From Bigelowiella natans CCMP2755 (taxonomy: Eukaryota > Protista > Cercozoa), in contig ADNK01002524.1 of the NCBI GenBank assembly GCA_000320545.1, positions 115,526 to 179,525 of the forward strand: DNA of 64,000 nt. The letters run 5' to 3'. The notes under the pieces are model-generated. The model was not told the DNA's origin and searched no databases. It was given only the letters and a program-made list of their open reading frames with translations. A program made the position numbers and the translations under genes. Each line of letters starts with the position of its first letter. The first letter of the stretch is position 1. Below, one piece after another: positions 42,690-52,524 of this stretch.

Positions 42690-45600
42690 GGCGAATTGTG
42701 TTGACACATCAATTGGACATGTCGCAGATGAAAAGGTTGGCAAGGACGTACGCAATCCTGCTATGTGCATGAAGATGGCAAAGCGAATGTCAAGAAAAGA
42801 TGTGCCTGTAGCATCTGAAAACCAAAAAATTGTGTTTGAGGACAAATTTCATTCAGTACGCATTGCCAAGACACTGATCGACGAAGAGAAAAAGGCGGAA
42901 AAGGTTGAATCTAGTTTTGTTTTGAATCAAAAAAAAATGGGTAAACACATTTGTGTTGATTCATCACACACACACATCTGCCAACACACATTTTCCTTTC
43001 TGGTCGATGCGGCCCCCGTTTGCCTTCCCACGGGGAAACCTGTGGCATCCAAAAAGTTGTCTGACGATGATTTTCATTTTTCAGAAGAGACTTCTTGCGT
43101 CAATGAAGTTCATTCCCGCTCCAGATCAAGTGCCTTTCTTCGTTGGGCGAAAGGATGTGGTCAAACAGGTTCTGCATGAACTCCAAGACACCAGCAAGCA
43201 AGTGCACCTGCTACATGGCTCTGGAGGCATTGGAAAGAGTCAGTTGGCCGTTCGATTGTTCAACTCCCTCATTGAAACCGGTCAACACTCTCACGCGTTT
43301 TGGCTGAATTGCCAATCAACTGAAAAGCTGACGATCAACTACATGCGCATCGCTGAGAAAATTCCAGGCCTGCACGTTGACAAGAAGAACATCAAATCGG
43401 CCATCCAAACCATCAGGGAACGAATCGAGACTGAGCGCTGCCTCCTGGTTCTCGACGACGTCAATGATTGTGGTGCGGTGACCGAATTCTCACCTAGGAA
43501 CAAAGGACACGCAATCCTGACATCAAGAAATTGCACTGATTGGAGTCCAGATGTCAAACCTTGGCGAATTGGGGGACTGGCAGAAGAAGACCTGATGCAG
43601 CTTGCCCATGAATTCGGTCCATCGATGCCGGATCCAAAAGGCGACGATGCGAAGAACTGCATGGAATGTCCAAAAACTGAATTTTCGGGTCACACCGTGA
43701 TCCTAGCGCAATTCTTCAGCTGTTGCAAACAAAGGGGCTGCGAGGTGGCAGATCGCATTGAGGAATTGCGAAAGACAAAACGCAATTGTGACAGAAAAGG
43801 GGAACAAATCCCGCTTGAAAAGTGGCTGGAAAAACTCAACAAGAGCACCTCACACAGCCAAAGCATCGTCGCAGTCGTCGACGAAAGCCTGGCCGCGATC
43901 GAGCGCACCGATCACACTCAGAACCAAGACGCTAGAGCTTCGTGTGTTGACGGCGAGCGCGCACTCGCATTGTTGCGTTCGCTCGCATGTCTGGATCCGA
44001 AAAACATTCCATTGGAGCTGGTTCTGAGGCTCAATGCATCGCACAACCAGGTTGGGGATTGCAAAGAACGTGAAAAAAAAAGTGAGCAGTTGCTCTCTTC
44101 CATCGAGGACGAAGAAGTGCACCGTGCTGAAGATGGTGAAAAAGTGCGCGACGCATTGGCGCATCTAGAGCGCTGTTCTTTGACACAGTGGAGCAAAGAA
44201 ACCAAGCACATGAACATGCACGCTGTCACACAACGCATGGTCAGATGTCTGCGGCCAAAGCCCGACATCAACAAGCTGGTTGAAGCCCTGGTTCGCCATG
44301 GAGGCGACTTGGATGAAGCTCACAACCCCCAGGAAGAATGTGCTGCAGTGCTCCGGCACGGAACCCAGCTCGCAACTGATGGCTTCGAGGCAGAACAAAG
44401 TGGGAACCTAGCAGCTGCTGTGGCACATGCCTGGGCAAACACGTTTGTGTCAAATTGTCACACACACACACACACACATCTGCCAACACACACTTTCCTT
44501 TCTCATCGATGCGGCCCCCGTTTGCCTTCCCACGGGGAAACCTGTGGCATCCAAAAAGTTGTCTGACGATGATTTTCATTTTTCAGAAGAGACTTCTTGC
44601 GTCAATGAAGTTCATTCCCGCTCCAGATCAAGTGCCTTTCTTCGTTGGGCGAAAGGATGTGGTCAAACAGGTTCTGCATGAACTCCAAGACACCAGCAAG
44701 CAAGTGCACCTGCTACATGGCTCTGGAGGCATTGGAAAGAGTCAGTTGGCCGTTCGATTGTTCAACTCCCTCATTGAAACCGGTCAATGCTCTCTCGCGT
44801 TTTGGCTGAATTGCCAATCAACTGAAAAGCTGACGATCAACTGCATGCGCATCGCTGAGAAAATTCCAGGCCTGCACGTTGACAAGAAGAACATCAAATC
44901 GGCCATCCAAACCATCAGGGAACGAATCGAGACTGAGCGCTGCCTCCTGGTTCTCGACGACGTCAATGATTGCAGTGCGGTGACCGAATTCTCACCTAGG
45001 AACAAAGGACACGTGATCCTGACATCCAGAAATTGCACTGATTGGAGTCCAAATGTCAAACCTTGGCGAATTGGGGGACTGGCAGAAGAAGACCTGATGC
45101 AGCTTACCCATGAATTCGGTCCATCGATGCCGGATCCAAAAGGCGACGATGCGAAGAACTGCATGGAACATCCAAAAACTGAATTTTCGGGTCACACCGT
45201 GATCCTAGCGCAATTCTTCAGCTGTTGCAAACAAAGGGGCTGCGAGGTGGCAAATCGCATTGAGGAATTGCGAAAGACAAAACGCAATCATGACAGAAAA
45301 GGGGAACAAATCCCGCTTGAAAAGTGGCTGGAAAAACTCAACAAGAGCACCTCACACAGCCAAAGCATCGTCGCAGTCGTCGACGAAAGCCTGGCCGCGA
45401 TCGAGCGCACCGATCACACTCAGAACCAAGACGCTAGAGCTTCGTGTGTTGACGGCGAGCGCGCACTCGCATTGTTGCGTTCGCTCGCACATCTGGATCC
45501 GAAAAACATTCCATTGGAGCTGGTTCCAAGGCTCAACACATCGCACAACCAGGTTGGGGATTGCAAAGAACGTGAAAAAAAAAATGAGCAGTTGCTCTCT

Positions 45601-46670
45601 TCCATCGAAGAGCTGGTTCCAAGGTTCAATTCATCGCACAACCAGTTTGGGGATTGCAAAGAACAAAAAAAAAAAATGGAGCAGTTGCTCTCTTCCATCG
45701 AGGACGAAGAAGGGCACTGGGCTGAGCGGTTGCTCTCTTTCATCGATGATGAAGAAGTGCACCGCGCTGAAGATGGTGAAAAAGTGCGCGACGCATTGGC
45801 GCATCTAGAGCGCCATTCTTCAATGCAGTGGAGCAAAGAAACCAAGCACATGAACATGCACGCTGTCACACAACGTGCAGTCAGATGTCTGCGGCCAAAG
45901 CCCGACATCAACAAGCTGGTTGAAGCCCTGGTTCGCTGTGGAGGCGACTTGGATGAAGCTCACGACCGCCAGGAAGAATGGGCTGCAGTGCTCCGGCACG
46001 GAACCCAGCTCGCAACTGACAGCTTCGAGGCAAAACACAATTGGAACCTAGCTCGTGCTGTGGGAAATGCCTGCAACGTTGCATGCCTTCATGACAAAGC
46101 ATCAGTGTGGTTCAAGAAGGGTGCAAAAATGATGGATGCTGAAGTTCCTGCACAACCCAGGGAAAAGGCAAAATTGGCTGATGGCTACAACAACATCGGC
46201 GGAGTGTGCAGCAGCATGGGCAAGTACCCGGAGGCACTCGAGGAATGCAAAAAGGCCCTCGACATCGAGTTGGCGGTGCATGGCAATGACAAACCCCATC
46301 CTGATGTGGCTCGTAGCCACAACAACATCGGCACTGTGCACAATGGGATGGGCAAGTACCCGGAGGCACTCGAGGAATTCAAAAAGGCCCTTGACATGTG
46401 ATTGGCGGTGCATGGCAAGGACAAACCCCATCCTCATGTGGCTACTTGCTGTGACAACATCGGCGAAGTGCACAAAAGCATGGGCAAGTACCCGGAGGCA
46501 CTCGAGGAACACAAAAAGGCCCTCGATGTCGAGTTGGCGGTGCACGGCAAGGACAAACCCCATCCTCATGTGGCTACTAGCTACAACAACATCGGCTTCG
46601 TGCACAGAAGCATGGGCAAGTACCCGGAGGCACTCGAGGAATGCAAAAAGGCCCTCGATGTGCGGTTGGC
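42690..46670. other. TpA>TpG/CpA converted domain (island D) inside the NLR-like gene
   Basis: Hand count: 7 TA in 43081-44434 (5 CTAG, 2 CTAC), against 15 TA in 40621-40920 and 13 TA in 46981-47280 of the same gene. Confidence 0.9.
42941..46070 (+). repeat. Tandem duplication of an intron plus NB-ARC exon (copy 1 42941-44434; copy 2 44435-~46070)
   Basis: The copies align directly at an offset of ~1.5 kb. Copy 2 carries extra internal duplications (93-bp period at 45517-45702, plus a 45-bp partial repeat). Confidence 0.95.
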
Positions 46671-46977
46671 GGTGTACGGCAAGGACAAACCTCATCCTAG
46701 TGTGGCTGCTAGCTACAACAACATCGGCAGAGTGTACGGAAGCATGGGCAAGTACCCGGAGGCACTCGAGAAATACAAAAAGGCCCTCGATATGCGGTTG
46801 GCGGTGTACGGCAAGGACAAACCCCATCCTGATGTAGCTACTTGCTACAACAACATCGGCACTGTGTACGATGGCATGGGCAAGTACCCGGAGGCACTCG
46901 AGAAATACAAAAAGGCCCTCGATATGCGGTTGGCGGTGTACGGCAAGGACAAACCCCATCCTCATGTGGCTGCTAGC
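46186..46977 (+). repeat. Six near-identical 132-bp (44-aa) TPR-coding tandem repeats, followed by more divergent TPRs to ~47400
   Basis: Units start at 46186, 46318, 46450, 46582, 46714 and 46846. Consensus YNNIGxVYxxMGKYPEALEKYKKALDMRLAVYGKDKPHPxVAxS. Confidence 0.95.
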
Positions 46978-48235
46978 TATCACGACATTGGCTCAGTGTA
47001 CCAACGACGAGGAGAGAAGGGAGATATCGAAAAGGCGATAGAGCTTTACAAGAAAAGTTTGGATATGAGAAAAAGGATTTTCCTGACAGTCGATGCCAAG
47101 GCGCATCGTCTTGTAGCATCATCCCAACACGATCTTGCGCTCGCATACATGTCACGAGGCGGACAGGGAGATATTCAAAAGGCGATAAGACTTTACGAGA
47201 GTAGTCTGGAAATGAGGAAAAAGATCTTTCTAAAAGGTGACGTGAAGGTGCATCATGAGGTAGCATCATGTCAAACGGTTCTTGCGACCGCGCACTTAAT
47301 GCAAGGATCTAAGGATGATATCGAGAAGGCGATAGAGCTTTTGGAGAAATGTTTGGAGATGGAGGAGGAGATTCGACGAATAGAAAGAGGCAAGGCTGAT
47401 AAGGTAGCAACAATACTTGTTATTATCGCGTTAGCTTATAAAAGGAAACTTGTCCCAGTTTACGAAAAGATTTCATCTCTTCGTAAGCCCAAATTTAACC
47501 AACGCTATGTCAATATGAAGTCGGCTCTGATGCAAAGACTCACCAGGCTGTCATATCATTCGATACTAATGCAATCTGGCATTGGGAACGCAAATCATGA
47601 ATCTCGGATGATCGATACCCTACTCGCAGTGCTCCACTTCAAATTCCACAAAGCAGACCCAAAGGATGTAGCCGTATTCGTGTCCAATTTGAAGTCCCGA
47701 AAGCGGTATCTCGAAACTAAAGGGAGTCATGGCAAGGTTGGTTCACCCCCTCCATTGCCAGCATTACCGGTGGGGATCTTACCACGGGGAACAGAGCAGT
47801 CTCTTTTCTGTCCTAAAATTGCTGGAAACGGCGGAGATGGAAAGAGACTGAGCGGGAACTCGGGAGGTGGAGAACGCAGGACCGGTGTAGGAGCAGTGGA
47901 AGGAAGTGTTCTTGTGGCGTTGGAAAAAGGGGGGGGGGGTCGGAGTGAGGGTGACAGGAAGCAGAGCAGGCAAAGAGCGCGTAAAAAAAGAAACGGAAAG
48001 AAGCGAAATGGGAAGAAACGAAAATGAATTTGATGAAGAAATTGACTATGTGAGCCAGCATCGAAGCATCAGCCCAGTGCCACTCTTGCACGTAATTAAA
48101 GTGTCAACAAATGTAGCCTAGTGCTGCATCATACTACTGTGTTGTGCTGCTGTAGTCCTATACTCATTACATTATATTATTTTACTTAAACTATATATTA
48201 GGGGGATTGGGGACATTTAATTTATATATTTATAT

Positions 48236-48276
<41 letters not shown>

Positions 48277-48323
48277 ATATATATGTATTTACTCAACATT
48301 ACTCACATGTATAAATATATTTT

Positions 48324-48367
<44 letters not shown>

Positions 48368-48529
48368 TTTGTAGCGAAACATTTTTTATTTTTAATTATT
48401 AACTTTTATGTTATAAATATATATGTACACCTATCGCTTACCAGCACACAGCACACAGGAGTCGCATGTCAGCACGGCACACAGCAGTCACATGCGCTTT
48501 ACACGTTATAGTACTCATGCTAGTTATGT

Positions 48530-49880
48530 GAATGAATGTGCATCCTGCAGATTGTGCGATGCATGCATCGCATTAGCAAGGTTCATGAATGTTAGCTGCC
48601 TGGCTAGGTAGCTAGCTAGCAACGATGTCACATGAACACGCATGACAACATGCAGGGGGCACATGCATGCACTAGGCAAATGCAGGCAAAGCATTCATTT
48701 GGGATGTTGGCACATCAAATTCTCATGATCATGCGAGTTCATTGTTTGCGAGCTGCACATCCCAAAACATGTTCATGCTCATGCACAGATAAATTTAGCT
48801 TTTGGCCAATGCCAGAATGGCACAATCTAGCAATGATTGACCATGCGATGCTAGCTAGGTAGCATGCTGCCACAGCACGTGAGGTCAATTTGCGTCGAAA
48901 ATGATGTGCGTCACCAGCTAGCCTGGGAAATTTTTTACATGATTTACAAGTAAATCTGGAAATGGTGGAGTTCAAAATGACATGGAAATTCATCTTCATT
49001 TGATTTGCACAACAACGTCATTGACAAGTTGATGAGCATTTGTTAAGCATTCTTTTGATTACCATCCCGACAGCTTTGAGCGTGCATGCAAGCTAGCAAG
49101 TGCAGTTTCTGCAATGCGATTAATGTTGCGACCGTTTGTAGCAGTTCCACTTAGCGCGCACAACTAGACAACGCGCATGCGTGTGTTGTGCTGCACATGC
49201 TAGCATGCACGCCTGCTAGCGAGAAGCTCCAGAGCTAGCAAAGCTGTGGGTCGATGTAGCTGACTACTGAGAATGACAAAAAAAGAGATGCAATGCTCGC
49301 TAGCTCGTGCTAGCGTGGTCTGCACGATGCACGATGGCGTCGTGCATGCGCTTGTACTACATGGACTATTGAACATTGCGTGCATCCACCACTCTCTCTA
49401 ACACTTGCGTGTGCACGTGAACGTGCGACAGGCACGGCGCAACTTTGTGAGCATGCAGCATGTCACACGGTGAACAAAGACACAACTGTGATCACAAATC
49501 CACTTTGCGAATCCAAAAATGCAAAATCTGGCACATCCATCCCCAACATCGCGATGCACTAATCACAAACATTCACGTGGATCCTCACTTGTTGAGAGTC
49601 TTGCAACACAAACGGTCCGACAAGTCTTCTTCATTTCGTCAACCGCAAATATGGTAATGCAAAAGAGACTTTCCATCACTCACATTCTCCAAGTTCCGAG
49701 ATGAAATGTGCAACTTCTTGAATATGCACACCCAGCGCGTCACATCAACCAACACCCCTTCTTTTCGAACACGCGGTGCCATCTTCCACCAGCTAGCACA
49801 TCTCAATGTCAGCACCATCCGCTCATTGCTGGAGGATGGATTGCCCCCAAGACATCATTTCTTCGACCTAGAACAGGAGA
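48530..49880. other. TpA-depleted island E
   Basis: Rich in CATG, TGCA and CTAG, with TA scarce otherwise; ggctaggtagctagctagc at ~48602. The signal fades towards ~50300. Confidence 0.7.
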
Positions 49881-50429
49881 ATAGAGGACAAAATCAAACG
49901 TACAAAACTTTAAAAAACAAATCAAAATGAACCCCAAGGAAAAAACACAATTTCGATGCTCTGCTCTCACGCACGCTCCTTTTCCTCGTCGCATTGTTGT
50001 CTCTGTTGCAGTGCACAGTACCGTTGGCATAGTTCCGTTAGCTTTTGTTGTGGTGTCGTGGCCCGCCTTTGCCCAATCTGAAGAGGAAGATACAAATGCA
50101 AACGATGGGAAATAAGCTTTCAAAAAAGAGGAACATGATGTGCACAACTACTACGCACTCAGGGATGAATAAAGCGAAAAAGATGATTAAGTTGGTACTG
50201 GTCGGGGAAAACCAAACGCTTTTACATTTTGTTGAATCGTCCATGTTAAACCCACAAAACACACTAAACTACTGCGCAAAACCTGCAAAACTCATTTGCG
50301 AACTTTGGCCAACAACAGTGGCGCTTTCAGCGCCTGGGTAGGTGGGGGGGGGGGGGGGGGTATCAACAAGGAAGCAAACGCGTAAACACGTAAACAAGCA
50401 GCGAAATACTACTAAACAACACACGCTCA

Positions 50430-51260
50430 GCTCCCGGCATCATCATCATTGCTATATCCTCGGAGAGTGAAGAAGAAATGCATGCATAGCGCTCGATCCC
50501 GCGCAGGGGCGCAAGCGAACGCCTCCTGACGAGTAGCGGCGAGCATCTCTCTCCTTCCCAAGTCTACCCACGCCCCACGCCGCCCCACCTCCAGGCACAT
50601 AGAGGCTGTTGTTCCCCATGTGAATGCCCACGTCGATGGAGGGATCGTCCAGCTCGACCGAGGCGAAATGCAGGTACATCCCGCCGGCGTCTTGGAGGAT
50701 GCAGATGTTGTTCGAGTACCTGCGTGTATGGTTGCGCATGATGACGTTATTATACGAAAATCCGTCAACTTGCAACGACGCGCAAGGACCGTAAGGGGGG
50801 GGGGGGACAATTGCCTTCTCGTAAGCCGAATATTTTTTTCTCTCCCTCTCTCTCTGCGTCTCTCCCTTCGCGGGATTTATGAACCAAAAGAAAAGCGATA
50901 AATCATGACACGCTTCTATGTTCATTATGAAGTCCCCTTCTTTCCAAAAATATAATACGAAATCATCATCCGCAAAGCAATATCTGTATTATAATAATAT
51001 GATATATATATTTTCGAATGTGATAGGTTTTGACTTCTCTTACGTCTCGCCATATCCTTTAGGAGGAATATTTTGGATGTCCATCGAGAAACACGCTTTG
51101 AAGTACGAGACCGGGTAGATGTACACGGTGTGGTGGGAGTATCTGGAAGAGGACAAGGCAGGAGGATGAGGAGGGGGATAAGGAAGAGGAAACGACTGGT
51201 GGAGGTCTCTTGTTGTCAAGAGCAATAACAAAGAGAAATCGATGTATTGCTTATTTCGAG

Positions 51261-51304
<44 letters not shown>

Positions 51305-51532
51305 TCTCTCGCTTTCCCTCTCTATTTTTCACACGCGCGCGCGCCGCACACACACACACACACGCGCGCTGATTTATGAATTATTTGATCCTGATTATGG
51401 CGTCGCGATGTCTTACTTGGAATGGCCGTCGAAGTCGCCCTTGTGGCCTCCGAAAACGCAGAAGTTGTGGTGCATTTCATAGTAAGAGGACCTGTGTGCC
51501 GTCGGTGTGTAAGTTGCGTGCCATTCAATAGC

Positions 51533-51575
<43 letters not shown>

Positions 51576-52069
51576 CATATAACAATTACAACAAATGCAA
51601 AGGTCATTCGTATGCGTGGAGGAGGAGTTGTGCGAAGGAACAACACACCGAAACAGATATTCTATTCAATTTAGGAGATTCAAAGCGCATATTGCCGAAT
51701 AAGCTATGTGCAAAGGGAGAGAACCCATCGTCGTTGTCGAAGCAGCCTCCGTCAGCAGCATAGTTTGATACGATAAGGTTGTGGTGCATGTTGTTCCAAG
51801 CGGGTCTTGTTGAACCTTATTAGAATACAAATATAAATATAAATATAACACTATTTCGTATATATATTATAAATTAATTTATTTGTGTGCGCGCGCGCGC
51901 GCGTGTGTGTGTCTGTGTGTGTGTGTGTGTTTACACACCGTTTGGGTCCCCCACGTTCGTGATGTATGGCAGTCGATCCCAAGAGTTGAACGCTCCGTGA
52001 TCAGAGCTCTCCCGACACGTATTGAAGAGGACGTTGGCCGCCATCTCATTTCCTCCTCCAAACCCTATA

Positions 52070-52116
<47 letters not shown>

Positions 52117-52493
52117 TATCAATCTAGATAAATAGCTTGTTTTTACAAATATGATATGGCCGATGTTTCGCACGCGAAACCCTAGAGCTCCTCGCTTGCG
52201 GATAGCCCTCAAGAGGAAACTCGAGTGAATGCATGCATGCTGCTGCTGCTGCTAAGCGCGAGGAGAGCATGCTATACGCACCGTCGTTGAAGTTTACGGC
52301 TGCACGCGGGAGATTGAAGCAAACGTTCCGTGTGATGGTGTTTTGCGCGCTGACAGCTTGGAAGTAGCAACCTAGAGTTATATGAAGGAGATGATACAAT
52401 GGCAAAAGAAGCTTTATCATTTTGATCTATGGTGAGGAGTAGGATCAAGAGAGGTATCGTGGTAGTGGTAGTAAGCATGTAGCGGAAGAGCAC

Positions 52494-52524
<31 letters not shown>

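Larger units (their letters stand above)
39508..48027 (+). pseudogene. NLR-like locus SAM - CHAT (caspase-like) - STAND NTPase - NB-ARC x2 - TPR array; premature TGA at 46399-46401
   Basis: SAM-like EENWLKGKDLLELTLDEVKEMVDGRMGPRKQLLNLI (~39795-39905). CHAT dyad IHHSGHG (40847-40867) and IVFLAACHS (40991-41017). P-loop GGKETGKT with ILL-ICDN and LLTTSR. Two NB-ARC copies with FVGRK, GSGGIGKSQLA, LLVLDDV and ILTSR. TPR repeats from 46186; terminal stop at 48027. It may instead be a truncated expressed allele. Confidence 0.75.

Noticed and set aside
42941-46070. CpG deamination (CG>TG/CA) as the source of the TG/CA doublets
   Set aside because: It would give the same doublets, but TA itself is seen at homologous sites (43340, the copy-2 partner of 43603, donor 42941, TPR repeats 5-6). 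TA restores Tyr/Val/Leu/Ile and the GT donor, and CG remains common while TA is depleted.
42690-46670. Classical RIP (CpA>TpA)
   Set aside because: RIP enriches TA and creates stops. Here TA is lost, the frames stay open, and the unmutated repeats carry TA.
46186-46977. Diversity-generating retroelement (adenine-specific TR/VR mutagenesis)
   Set aside because: The changes are strand-symmetric (both A>G and T>C), transition-only and restricted to TpA. They extend over kilobases including introns, and no reverse transcriptase is visible in the window.
46186-46977. CRISPR-like array
   Set aside because: The units are contiguous 132-bp in-frame coding repeats without unique spacers, in a eukaryotic gene.
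46102-46983. 293-aa minus-strand repetitive ORF and the 46136..46837 alternate-frame ORF
   Set aside because: These are antisense and frameshifted readings of the TPR array, kept open by its repetition and by TA (stop) depletion.
50045-50341. MGNKLSKK...IKLVLVGENQT resembling a myristoylated small-GTPase start
   Set aside because: No GxxxxGK[ST] or later GTPase motifs follow, so it is unsupported.
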